Source: Candidatus Limnocylindrales bacterium (GTDB taxonomy: Bacteria > Chloroflexota > Limnocylindria > Limnocylindrales > CSP1-4). From it: a stretch of 64,000 nt of DNA. The first letter of the stretch is position 1; every line of letters starts with the position of its first letter. The notes under the pieces were generated by a model. It did no database searches. It saw nothing but the letters and a program-made list of their open reading frames with translations, and was not told where the DNA came from. The stretch covers positions 2,231 through 66,230 of the forward strand of contig DASYSM010000111.1 in assembly GCA_036003325.1 (NCBI GenBank), read 5' to 3'. Shown one piece after another: positions 9,065-17,908 of this stretch. Made by a program: the position numbers and the translations under genes.

Positions 9065-10141
9065 TCAGATCCAGTCGATCTTCCGGAGCACGACCGCGGC
9101 GATCCCCGCCACGATCACGACGAATGCCGTGATCGCCCAGAAGCCGCCGGCCTCCTTGCCCCCAAGCGCCGTCCCCGCCTCGCTCATCCCGAAGATGCCG
9201 GCCACCGCCCCGATCCCGGCCAGGATCACGGTCACCCCGGTCAGGCGCTTCATGATGACCGACAGGTTGTTGTTGACCTGGGTCAGGTAGACATCGAGGG
9301 TCGCCGAAGCCAGCTCGCGGTAGTTGTCGAGCTCGTCGGTCAGCCGGATGACGTGGTCGTAGATGTCGCGAAAGTAGACGATCTCGTCTTCGCTGATCAG
9401 CTGCTCATCGCGATTGGTCAGCTGGTTGAACACCTCGCGGACCGGGCTGATGGCGCGACGGACCTGGATGAGCTCCCGTTTGAGCAGGAACAGCGACTCC
9501 AGAGAATCGGGTGTCGCCTTGCGCACGACCGCGTCCTGGACGTCGTCGATGGCGTCACCGATCCGGTCCGCGAACGGGAAGTAGCCGTCGATCAGGTCGT
9601 CGGCGATGGCCCACAGCAGGTGGTCGGGACCGCGCTGCATGACCGCGCCGATGCCGCCCTGCAGGTGATGCGCTGTCCGCGGGTCCCAATCGCCGTCGTG
9701 GACGGTCAGCAGGAAACCCTCGCCGAGCACGATATCGAGCTCGGACGCCGTCACGTGGTCGGCGTACTCGAGATGGAACAGGACGATGTGGACGACGCCG
9801 TCGGTCGACTCGATCTTCGCCCGCTGGTTGCCTTCGAGGACGTCCTCGACGATCAGCGGGTGGAGTGACAGCGCCGTCCCCACATCCTGTGCCTGCGCCT
9901 GTGTCGGGGCGACGAGGTCGACCCAGACGGCCGGCTTCCCGGGCCCGAGCATCCCCGGCAGCCGCGCCAACGCGTCCGGGCCGTCGATCTCGGTGCCCTG
10001 GTCGCTGTCCCCGACGAGGACACGGAGCGTGCCCGGTTGGTCGGTCGTGGTCGTCGCGTGGTGGCGTTCGACGCGCGCACCGAGCGCCGGGATGGGCCGC
10101 GGGTCAGAGTGCGAGGCCGGGTTCGGGCGCGTCGAGGCCAT
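9065..10141 (-). CDS. corA: CorA-family divalent cation transporter (GMS variant of the GMN motif)
   Basis: 358 aa with a CorA-like soluble N-terminal domain (LHPLIVEDVLEGNQRAKIE) and two C-terminal TM segments. The signature loop reads IFGMSEAG. Confidence 0.75.
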   Translation of the reverse strand: MASTRPNPASHSDPRPIPALGARVERHHATTTTDQPGTLRVLVGDSDQGTEIDGPDALARLPGMLGPGKPAVWVDLVAPTQAQAQDVGTALSLHPLIVEDVLEGNQRAKIESTDGVVHIVLFHLEYADHVTASELDIVLGEGFLLTVHDGDWDPRTAHHLQGGIGAVMQRGPDHLLWAIADDLIDGYFPFADRIGDAIDDVQDAVVRKATPDSLESLFLLKRELIQVRRAISPVREVFNQLTNRDEQLISEDEIVYFRDIYDHVIRLTDELDNYRELASATLDVYLTQVNNNLSVIMKRLTGVTVILAGIGAVAGIFGMSEAGTALGGKEAGGFWAITAFVVIVAGIAAVVLRKIDWI

Positions 10142-11798
10142 CGGCGTCGGGTCCTCCGGCAGCGATCCCGTCGGCGGCGTCGCTCTCGTCCGCTGCGCGG
10201 TCCAGCATACGCGTGCGCTCTCCGCGCCGGCCCCCGAGCGCGAGCGTCGGCGGGATGGCCACCGCGGTCACCGCGGCCGCCACCACGAACAGCCCGACCA
10301 TGATCGACGCCGCCTCGCGTGACGCCCATGCCTCGAGCGCGTCGACGACGAACGGGTCGCGCAACGGGCGGTCGCGGAGGGACTCGGGGATGAACTGGAG
10401 GTAGGCGTCGGGCGTCGCGTAGACCTCGGCGTAGATCCGGTCGATGGTCGTCGAGCCATACGCGGTCAGGATCGCCAGGCCGACCGCCATCCCGAGCATC
10501 CGCGCGACGGTCACCACCGCCGACGCCGTTCCGAACGTCCGCCGTCCCGCGGCCTCGACCGCCGCCGTCGAGCGGGGCGTGACCGTCAGCCCGAACCCGA
10601 GCCCGTATGCGCCGAGCGCGAGCGCGACCGCGTCGAGGCTGACGTCGGCCGTCCAGCGTGACATCGCCAGCAGGCCGGCGATGCTCAGGACGATGCCGCC
10701 GAGGGCGACCAGCCGGATCGACAGGAACCGGACGAGGAAGCCGGAGACGAGCGCGCCGACGGCTGTCGCGCCGGCAAGCGCGCCGAGCGCCAGACGCTGG
10801 TCGTCCGGACCGCCGTACAGCACCCGGTCGACGAACACGGCCCCGCCGACGATCGCGGTCGCGAAGGCGTAGCCGGTGAGCAGCGACACGAGCGCAGCCG
10901 AGCTGAACGGGACGCTCCGGAACAGCCGTGGGTCGAGGAACGGGTCTCGGACCCGGAGACCGCGGACGACCGCGATGGCGGTGGCGATCGCCGCGACGCC
11001 GAGCAGGAGCGCCGTGACCACCGCGGGCGGGATGCCACTCCCCGCGATGTCGGTCGAGCCGAGCAGCGTGAGCCCGATCAGCCCAGCGACCAGTGCCACG
11101 CCGAACAGGGCAGCGCCCACGATGTCCACCCGGCCGGCGCGGCGAGGCGTCTCCCAGCCGGGCGACGCGGCCCAGGCAAGGACGAGGGCGATCAGCCCGA
11201 TGGGGATGTTGAGATAGAACACCCAGCGCCAGGCAGGGGACAGGATGGCGGCCGCCGGTCCGGTCACCCCGGCACCAGCCAGGGTCGTCTCGGGGTGGAC
11301 CGACGCCAGGATCGCCGCACCGACGACGGGACCGGCCGCCATCCCGAGGAAGGTCAGCGCCCCGACCACCCCGAGCGCACGGGGCCGCGCGGCGCCTCCG
11401 AACAGGTGCGCCGCGGCGGCCGTACCGACCGGGACGAGGACCCCGCCACCGACACCCTGCACGAGCCGCGCCGCGATCAGCTGGTCGAGCGTCTGCGACG
11501 CCCCGGCCAGCGCGGATCCGATGACGAAGATCACGAGGGCGCCCATGAACAGCCTCCGGACGCCCCACAGGTCGGCCAGCCGGCCGGCCATCGGCATCGT
11601 CAGGATGTACACCAGCAGGTAGCCATTGATGATCCAGCTGGCCTTGCGCAGCTCGATCCATGCGGTGCCGCCATTCGTGGAACCGAGGTCGGCCAGGATG
11701 GACGGCAGGGCGACCGCGGTCACCATCAGCTCGAGTCCGGCCAGGAACACCCCGATCCCGATGACGGCGAGCAGCACGAAGGCCGAACGGCGATCCAT
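10104..11798 (-). CDS. MFS transporter, DHA2 (EmrB/QacA-like, about 14 TM)
   Basis: ATG 11798 lies in ORF 10104..12218 and gives 564 aa starting MDRRSAFVLLAVIGIGVFLAGLELMVTAVALPSI. Polytopic throughout. Confidence 0.8.
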   Translation of the reverse strand: MDRRSAFVLLAVIGIGVFLAGLELMVTAVALPSILADLGSTNGGTAWIELRKASWIINGYLLVYILTMPMAGRLADLWGVRRLFMGALVIFVIGSALAGASQTLDQLIAARLVQGVGGGVLVPVGTAAAAHLFGGAARPRALGVVGALTFLGMAAGPVVGAAILASVHPETTLAGAGVTGPAAAILSPAWRWVFYLNIPIGLIALVLAWAASPGWETPRRAGRVDIVGAALFGVALVAGLIGLTLLGSTDIAGSGIPPAVVTALLLGVAAIATAIAVVRGLRVRDPFLDPRLFRSVPFSSAALVSLLTGYAFATAIVGGAVFVDRVLYGGPDDQRLALGALAGATAVGALVSGFLVRFLSIRLVALGGIVLSIAGLLAMSRWTADVSLDAVALALGAYGLGFGLTVTPRSTAAVEAAGRRTFGTASAVVTVARMLGMAVGLAILTAYGSTTIDRIYAEVYATPDAYLQFIPESLRDRPLRDPFVVDALEAWASREAASIMVGLFVVAAAVTAVAIPPTLALGGRRGERTRMLDRAADESDAADGIAAGGPDADGLDAPEPGLAL

Positions 11799-11919
11799 CG
11801 CTCCGAGTGTAGGCGGCGACACCAGCGCGGGCCCGGAAACGGACCACCGCACGCTTGTGGGCGGCCGGACGGACGCGTAGCCTGAGCCCATCCAACGCAT
11901 GGCTCCGGGGAGGTGGGCA

Positions 11920-12804
11920 ATGGTCGAGGAACGACCCGCGACGGCAGCGTCGAACGCGGCCCTGGCGCCCAAGCTCACCGCCGTCGTCACGGGCGCGACA
12001 TCCGGCCTGGGTCGCGAGATCGCCGAAGCGCTGGCGGCGGCCGGCGCCGCTGTCGGGATCGTGGCTCGCGATGCGGCGCGGGGCGCGGCGACCAAGACCG
12101 CGATCGATGCGGTCAGCGGCTCCTCGGCATCGAGGGTCTTCATGGCCGACCTGTCCAGGCCGGCGGACGTCAGGCAGCTTGCCGCCGACGTGCTCGAGGC
12201 GTCCGCGCGGCTCGACATCCTGGTCCATTGCGCGGCGGTCTACACCCGTCATCGGACGCTCACCGCGGACGGCCTCGAGTCGATGTTCGCGACGAACCAG
12301 CTCGCCCCGTTCCTGCTGACCAATCTGCTGCGCGACCGGCTCGTCGCCAGCGCACCGGCGCGCGTCCTGATCGTGACCGCGCCGGCCGGCAACAGGATCG
12401 ACTTCGACGACCTGACCGCCGAGCGGGGCTTCTCGTCGCTGCCGCGCTTCGGCGCCTCGAAGGCCGCCGATCTGCTGCTGACGCGCGAGTTCGCGCGCCG
12501 GTTCGAGGCGACCGGCGTCACGGTCAACGCGGTCCATCCCGGCCTGGTCAAGACCGACCTGATGACCGGCGCGCCCGCGTTCCTGCGCTGGGGTGTCCGG
12601 CTCGTCTCGGCGCCGCCGGCCAAGGCGGCCGCGGCCATCACCCCGCTGCTCCTGGCGCCCGACTACGCGACGCGCAGCGGCCTCTTCTTCAAAGACGGCA
12701 AGGAGATCGACCCACCCGCCTATACCCGCGACGCCGACGAGGCCAGACGGCTGTGGGATGTCGACGCCTCGCTGGTCGGTTTGGCGCGGGACGCTCCGGC
12801 CTGA
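11920..12804 (+). CDS. Short-chain dehydrogenase/reductase (SDR)
   Basis: Rossmann motif VVTGATSGLGREIA. GGAGG lies 7 nt before ATG 11920; an alternative in-frame ATG is at 11899. Confidence 0.8.
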   Translation: MVEERPATAASNAALAPKLTAVVTGATSGLGREIAEALAAAGAAVGIVARDAARGAATKTAIDAVSGSSASRVFMADLSRPADVRQLAADVLEASARLDILVHCAAVYTRHRTLTADGLESMFATNQLAPFLLTNLLRDRLVASAPARVLIVTAPAGNRIDFDDLTAERGFSSLPRFGASKAADLLLTREFARRFEATGVTVNAVHPGLVKTDLMTGAPAFLRWGVRLVSAPPAKAAAAITPLLLAPDYATRSGLFFKDGKEIDPPAYTRDADEARRLWDVDASLVGLARDAPA

Positions 12805-12811
12805 TCCTCGG

Positions 12812-13786
12812 TCAGCCCGTCCCGTCGAGCACGCGGCCGGTGAGCGGTCGGTATGCCGATACCCATCGGTCGCGGTGGATCGATCGGCCAGCGGGATCGA
12901 GGACCGTTCGCGTCACGACGACGGTCATCCCGTCGCTCGCTGCCTCGACACGTCGGTGCTCGCCGCGCCGCAGTGACGCGGACCGCACGTGCCGGTCACC
13001 GGCATGTCGTCGGTGGCTGATGGCGGGGGTGGTGAAGGTGACGCGACGTCCGAGCGCGACCGCCCCATACAGGTCGATGCGTGCGATGCCCGGCGTGCTG
13101 ACCGTGCGGATGACGATCCGCTCCGAGGTGTCGTTGCGGAACGCCATCGTCTCCGTCGTCCGGTCGCTCTTCGACACGGCGGCATCGAGCCCGAGCGGGT
13201 ACTTGGCGAGATAGCCGCCGTGGCTCGTCCGGCTGAGGATGCGCAAGCCGGCTCGCGCGGCGGCGTTGAAGATCGCGGTCGACACCGTGCAGATCCCGCC
13301 GGCGAGCGCGCCGTCCGGATCGACGTGGTCGCCGACGATCACGCCACCACGGCGATAGCCCGTCCGTCGTGACACCTCGCCGACGGCCGTCCAGAACTCG
13401 AACGTGGCGCCCGGCTCGAGGACCAGCCCGTCCAGGCGACGGAGCGGGATCTCGACGTTGACCCCGTCGCCGTTCTCCGGCCCGACCACGTAGGCCACGG
13501 TCCAGCTGCCGACGAGGACCGGGTCCGGGTCGAGGGTCGGATCGGTCAGGTCCGCAGGGCCGCTGGCCGACTGCGACGCCGGCGCCGGCGTCGGACTGAC
13601 CGAACGGGCGAGCGCCGCACCGCCGCTGGAGGACGACGGGGTCGACTGCACGATGATGTCCGCGGCATCGATTCCCGGACGTGGCAGCAGGGCCGGGATG
13701 GACGCAGCCGCGCAGATGAGGCCCGCGGCCACGCCAAGCAGCGCCGGCCGACCGCGAAGGTGCCGCGGCGATCGATCGGGCGTCAT
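12812..13786 (-). CDS. VanW-domain protein (membrane or secreted)
   Basis: 324 aa with an N-terminal TM/signal segment. VanW-like block GGICTVSTAIFNAAARAGLRILSRTSHGGYLAKYPLGLDAAV. Lies 3 nt downstream of the preceding gene's stop. Confidence 0.75.
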   Translation of the reverse strand: MTPDRSPRHLRGRPALLGVAAGLICAAASIPALLPRPGIDAADIIVQSTPSSSSGGAALARSVSPTPAPASQSASGPADLTDPTLDPDPVLVGSWTVAYVVGPENGDGVNVEIPLRRLDGLVLEPGATFEFWTAVGEVSRRTGYRRGGVIVGDHVDPDGALAGGICTVSTAIFNAAARAGLRILSRTSHGGYLAKYPLGLDAAVSKSDRTTETMAFRNDTSERIVIRTVSTPGIARIDLYGAVALGRRVTFTTPAISHRRHAGDRHVRSASLRRGEHRRVEAASDGMTVVVTRTVLDPAGRSIHRDRWVSAYRPLTGRVLDGTG

Positions 13787-13789
13787 CGC

Positions 13790-16189
13790 CTAAGGCTGGT
13801 AGAGCACGGCCGATGTGATCGGGACGGCGCCGCGGTTCCCGATGTCGTCACCGCCGGCGATGAGCACGCGCCCGTCGTCGAGCAGCGTCGCGGTATGGCC
13901 CTCGCGGGGCGTGCCCATCGAGCCTGCCGGACCGAACTTCCCCGTCGACGGGTCGTAGACCTCGGTGGAAGCCAGGACCCGCCAGTTCTGTCCGTTGCTC
14001 CAGTAGCCTCCCGCAACAAGGACGCGACCGTCCTGGAGCAGCGTCGCCGTGTGTTGCTGGCGGCCGTCGTCCATCGTATCGGTCGAGCTGAACCGGCCGG
14101 CCGCGGGATCGAAGATCTCGGCCGACGCATAGACCGAATCGTTCGGCGAGCGGCCGCCCGTGACGAGGACGCGGCCATCGTTCAGCAGCGTCGCGACCTG
14201 GAGCCAGCGCGGCACCTTCATCGAGCCGGTCTTGCTGAACGTGCCGGTCGCCGGGTCGTACAGGTCGCCGAACGCGACCGGCGCGTACCCTTCGCCCCCG
14301 CCGCCGAGCACCAGCACGCGACCGTCCTCGAGAAGCGTCGCGGTGTGCTGGTCGCGGATGGTGCTCATCGAGCCCGTTTTCGTGAACGTACCGGTCGCCG
14401 GGTCGTAGATCTCGGCAGTCTTGAGGACGTTCCCCGACGTCTCCGCGAACCGGAAGGCGGCCAGGGTCACCCCGCTCGACCCGCTCGGCCCGGTCATGCC
14501 CCCGGTGATCAGCACGCGACCATCCGCCAGCAAGGTGGACGTGTGGCTCTCGCGGGGCGTGCGCATCGTGCCGGTCAGGCTGAACGTGCCGGACGCAGGG
14601 TCGAACACCTCGGCCGTGGCCAGGACGTTCTCGGAGTCCGCCCCGCAGCCGGACCCACCGGTGAGCAGGACGCGGCCATCCGCCAGGCGAGTCGCGGCCG
14701 AGCCCGCACGCGCCGCCGTCATGTGCCCGGTCGGCAGGAACGCACCAGTCGCCGGGTCGTAGAGCTGCGCGCCTGTGTCGCAGGATCCTGCGAACAGCAC
14801 GCGACCGTCCTCCAGCAAGGTGGCCGTCTGGCCGACCGGGGACCCGCCCGCACTCCCTGCCACGCCGGTCCAGGCAAAGCCCGGCGCGAGGGACGGGACG
14901 GCGGTCGGCGACGGCGTGGGGGCGGGCGGTCCGACGGCGATCGCCGTCGCAGCCGTCCAGGGCGGCGGCACGATGGCCGACCCACCGAGAGGCTGCCAGG
15001 TCGGGCGGGTCTGGTCGATGTCGCCGGCGGCGGCGACGAGGGCCTTGGTCGCCACGATGAGCGCAGCGTTCGACCCATCGGCGTCGACGGTCCACCAGCC
15101 AGAGGTGCGAACGAACAGGATCCGGCCGTCCGGCGTCCAGCCGGCCGAGACCACGCTCCCGTCCGAGGTCAGCTGGCTGACGTCGGTCCCGTCGGGTCGC
15201 ATCGTGTAGACGTCCTGTCCGTCACCATCCGGCGACAGGAACAGGATGTGCGCACCATCGGGTGACCAGGCCGGAGACTCGGCGGCCAGCGTCGTCGGAC
15301 TCACCTGGCGCAGGTTCTGGCCATCCGCATCGACGATCCAGACCGCCGACAGCTTCGGCGGGACGGGCCCGCCGCTGTCCTTCTCCCCGAAGCGCCCGAA
15401 CACGATCTGCCGTCCGTCGGGCGACCAGCGCGGTGACGCGCCGCCGTCCGGCCCGGTCGCCCGCAGCTCCGAGACGCGGCCTGTCGCGAGCTCCATCGTC
15501 GCGATCAGCGAGGAGTCCTGCGAGCCCCGCCCGAACACGAGCATTTGCCCGTCGGGCGAGAACGCAGGCTGCGAATCCGCGAAACAGGGCGCCGCACAAC
15601 CGGTATCGGCAGCGTGTGGCGTCCCGCCGGCGAGGTCGGCCACGAACAGCCGTCCGTCGTCGGAATAGATCAGCCGCGTCCCGTCGGGCGACCAGGCCAG
15701 GTCACTCTGGTTGGTGACGCCATCGGGGACCAGCTCGTGTCCGCCACCACCGTCGGCGCTGACGACCCACGCCCGCGCCGTCGGGCACGTGCCGCCCGTG
15801 CTCCGGAAACAGCTGCGCTTCCTCGGGACGATCCGGATGAAGGCGATCGACTCGCCCGAGCGGGCGGCGGGCACGGTCGGTATCGGCGACGACGGCTCCG
15901 ACGGCGTCGGCTCCCCGGACGGCACCACGACCGCGACGTTGGGCGGAGGCGTCACGACCGGCTTCGGGGTCAGGAGACCGGAACCGGCCGCCAGTGCGCC
16001 ACCGACGACCAGCACGGCCGCGACCGCGAGAAGTGTGAGGCCACGGCGACGGCCGGCCCGGGGGGCGGCGGCAGGGATCGACGCCGGGATCGCGGCCAGG
16101 CTCTCGCGCAGGTCGGCAGGCGCCCCATCGATGCCGTCCACCGCCGCGTACCAGTCGCGCAACCGCCGCTCCAGCTCTCGGTCCGTCAT
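13790..16189 (-). CDS. Single-pass membrane protein (putative anti-sigma by position) with extracytoplasmic PD40/TolB-like and 7x Kelch beta-propeller repeats
   Basis: ATG 16189 forms an ATGA overlap with the sigma-factor stop and gives 799 aa. There is a TM segment at LTLLAVAAVLVVGGALAA. Five W/FSPDG repeats (WSPDGTRLIY, FSPDGQMLVF, WSPDGRQIVF, WSPDGAHILF, WTPDGRILF) are followed by seven ATLLxDGRVLxxGG repeats. Confidence 0.75.
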   Translation of the reverse strand: MTDRELERRLRDWYAAVDGIDGAPADLRESLAAIPASIPAAAPRAGRRRGLTLLAVAAVLVVGGALAAGSGLLTPKPVVTPPPNVAVVVPSGEPTPSEPSSPIPTVPAARSGESIAFIRIVPRKRSCFRSTGGTCPTARAWVVSADGGGGHELVPDGVTNQSDLAWSPDGTRLIYSDDGRLFVADLAGGTPHAADTGCAAPCFADSQPAFSPDGQMLVFGRGSQDSSLIATMELATGRVSELRATGPDGGASPRWSPDGRQIVFGRFGEKDSGGPVPPKLSAVWIVDADGQNLRQVSPTTLAAESPAWSPDGAHILFLSPDGDGQDVYTMRPDGTDVSQLTSDGSVVSAGWTPDGRILFVRTSGWWTVDADGSNAALIVATKALVAAAGDIDQTRPTWQPLGGSAIVPPPWTAATAIAVGPPAPTPSPTAVPSLAPGFAWTGVAGSAGGSPVGQTATLLEDGRVLFAGSCDTGAQLYDPATGAFLPTGHMTAARAGSAATRLADGRVLLTGGSGCGADSENVLATAEVFDPASGTFSLTGTMRTPRESHTSTLLADGRVLITGGMTGPSGSSGVTLAAFRFAETSGNVLKTAEIYDPATGTFTKTGSMSTIRDQHTATLLEDGRVLVLGGGGEGYAPVAFGDLYDPATGTFSKTGSMKVPRWLQVATLLNDGRVLVTGGRSPNDSVYASAEIFDPAAGRFSSTDTMDDGRQQHTATLLQDGRVLVAGGYWSNGQNWRVLASTEVYDPSTGKFGPAGSMGTPREGHTATLLDDGRVLIAGGDDIGNRGAVPITSAVLYQP
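13793..14881 (-). repeat. Seven tandem Kelch-type coding repeats (about 50 aa each)
   Basis: The pattern ...YDPATGTF..TGSM...R..HTATLLxDGRVLVxGG recurs seven times in the C-terminal 363 aa of the protein above. Confidence 0.8.
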
Positions 16190-16752
16190 CGGCCGGTCTC
16201 CCTGGTCTCGGACGCCTCGATGGTGTCGTGCAGCCGCTTGAGCGCGTAGTGGAGGCGGGACTGCACCGTCCCGCGGGGGATGTCGAGTCGCCGTGCGATC
16301 TCGTCGACGGTCAGGTCCCGGTAGAAGCGCAGCGCGACGACGATCTGGTGATCTGGCGTCAGCCGCGCCAGCGCCGCCCCGATGACGTCGCGGTCGGCCG
16401 CAGCACCCGCATGGTCGCCGGTCGCGAGGGCGACCTCGGCCGAGATGTCGGTCGCCTGCCAGCGCCGCGTCCGAAGGCGATTCCGGCAGGTGTTGACGAG
16501 GATGCGATCGAACCACGGCTCGAACCGGCTCGCGTCGCGCAACGTGTCCCACTTGCGCCAGGCCTGGACGAACGCGTCATGGGTCGCGTCCTGCGCCTCG
16601 GCGGGATCGCGCAGGATCGCCCGCGCGAGCCGGTACGCCCTGTCGAGGTGCTCGTCGGCGAGCCGAACGAACGCGGCCCCGCGGTCGCTCGCGTCGCTGA
16701 GATGGATGGGCACCCGCTCCGCCACGTCGTACGCCTCGGACGATCGGTTCAC
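16186..16752 (-). CDS. ECF-type RNA polymerase sigma-70 family factor
   Basis: 188 aa with region 2 (DATHDAFVQAWRKWDTLRD) and region 4 (LTVDEIARRLDIPRGTVQSRLHYA) features. Confidence 0.85.
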   Translation of the reverse strand: MNRSSEAYDVAERVPIHLSDASDRGAAFVRLADEHLDRAYRLARAILRDPAEAQDATHDAFVQAWRKWDTLRDASRFEPWFDRILVNTCRNRLRTRRWQATDISAEVALATGDHAGAAADRDVIGAALARLTPDHQIVVALRFYRDLTVDEIARRLDIPRGTVQSRLHYALKRLHDTIEASETRETGR

Positions 16753-16804
16753 GATGACATGACACCCGGCCGGCGCGAAACGTTCAGCTCATCGGCGTTG
16801 CCGC

Positions 16805-16865
16805 TTGACATCGACCTCGCGGCGCGCGTAGCATCAACGAACATTGATATAAACCGTGGTTGATG
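16805..16865 (+). promoter_or_regulatory. Putative sigma-70-type promoter plus inverted-repeat operator upstream of the ArsR gene
   Basis: TTGACA (16805-16810), 18-nt spacer, TAGCAT (16829-16834). Inverted repeats CATCAAC...GTTGATG and ATCAA-N6-TTGAT lie in an AT-rich patch at 16832-16865. Confidence 0.5.
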
Positions 16866-17240
16866 TGCCACGACGCACCAGCCCCCAACCCCGGAGCCCT
16901 CGCCCTGTCTCCCTCGCGCGCCCGGGTCCGCGGCACCATCGCCGCGGCCGTCATCCAGCCCGACGACCTGCGCCAGCTGCGCGCCTTCCACAAGGTCATG
17001 GCCGACGTGAATCGCCTGCGCATCGTCCGCCGGCTCGCCCACGGCGACGCGACCGTCGCGGAGCTCATCGCGCACGTGGGACTCAGCCAGCCACTCGTGT
17101 CGTGGCATCTCGGCCGGCTCCGCTCCGCGGGCGTGGTCGAGACCCGCCGCCAGGGACGCGAGACCGTCTGCCGCCTGCGCGAAGAGGCATTCACCGAGTT
17201 CGCGGCACGCGAACGGGCCATCCTCGGCGTGGCGGGCTGA
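16860..17240 (+). CDS. ArsR/SmtB-family transcriptional regulator
   Basis: 126 aa with a winged-HTH signature: NRLRIVRRLAHGDATVAELIAHVGLSQPLVSWHLGRLRSAGVVETRRQGRE. Confidence 0.85.
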   Translation: MMCHDAPAPNPGALALSPSRARVRGTIAAAVIQPDDLRQLRAFHKVMADVNRLRIVRRLAHGDATVAELIAHVGLSQPLVSWHLGRLRSAGVVETRRQGRETVCRLREEAFTEFAARERAILGVAG

Positions 17241-17247
17241 TGCGACG

Positions 17248-17889
17248 ATGACGATCTCGAACGAGTCCCGCGGCCGCATCAAGAAGGTGTTCGAGCCGAT
17301 CGCGCTCGGGATGGGCCGGCTCGGCCTGACCCCGAACGGGCTCACCCTCATCGGGTTCGCGATCACCGCCGTGGGCGCGATCCTCGTCGGCGCCCAGGCA
17401 TGGGTGATCGGGGGCATCGTCGTCTTCGTCGGCGGCGTCTTCGACATGTTCGACGGCACCTTGGCCCGGGCGACCGGCCAGGCCAGCCCATTCGGCGCGT
17501 TCATGGACTCCACCTTCGACAAGGCCGGCGAGATCCTCGTCTTCCTCGGCTGCCTCGCGGCCCTTGCGAACTCGAACGTCGGGACGGTGCCGGTCGTGGT
17601 TGCCGCCGCGGCGATGGGTGCAGCGATCATGGTCAGCTACACCCGGGCGAAGTCCGACGCCCTCGGCTATTCGTCCGGCATGGGCCTTGCCGCCGTCGGC
17701 ATCATGCCGCGCGAGGTGCGCCTCGTGATCATCTCGCTCGGCATCGTCCTGACCGGGACGAGCATCGGCACGTCGGCGATCGAGCTCGCCCTCGGCGTCA
17801 TCCTCGTCGGCTCAGTCATCACCGTCATCCAGCGGACCCTTCATGTCCGCAGCCAGGCCAAGTCGGCCGCCACCAACCAGACCCAGTAA
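17248..17889 (+). CDS. pgsA1: CDP-alcohol phosphatidyltransferase, probable phosphatidylinositol-phosphate synthase
   Basis: Perfect DGx2ARx8Gx3Dx3D motif ([30 protein letters not shown]). Six-TM-like profile. Immediately upstream of ino1. Confidence 0.8.
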   Translation: MTISNESRGRIKKVFEPIALGMGRLGLTPNGLTLIGFAITAVGAILVGAQAWVIGGIVVFVGGVFDMFDGTLARATGQASPFGAFMDSTFDKAGEILVFLGCLAALANSNVGTVPVVVAAAAMGAAIMVSYTRAKSDALGYSSGMGLAAVGIMPREVRLVIISLGIVLTGTSIGTSAIELALGVILVGSVITVIQRTLHVRSQAKSAATNQTQ

Positions 17890-17908
17890 GCAGCAACGGA
17901 GAGACATC

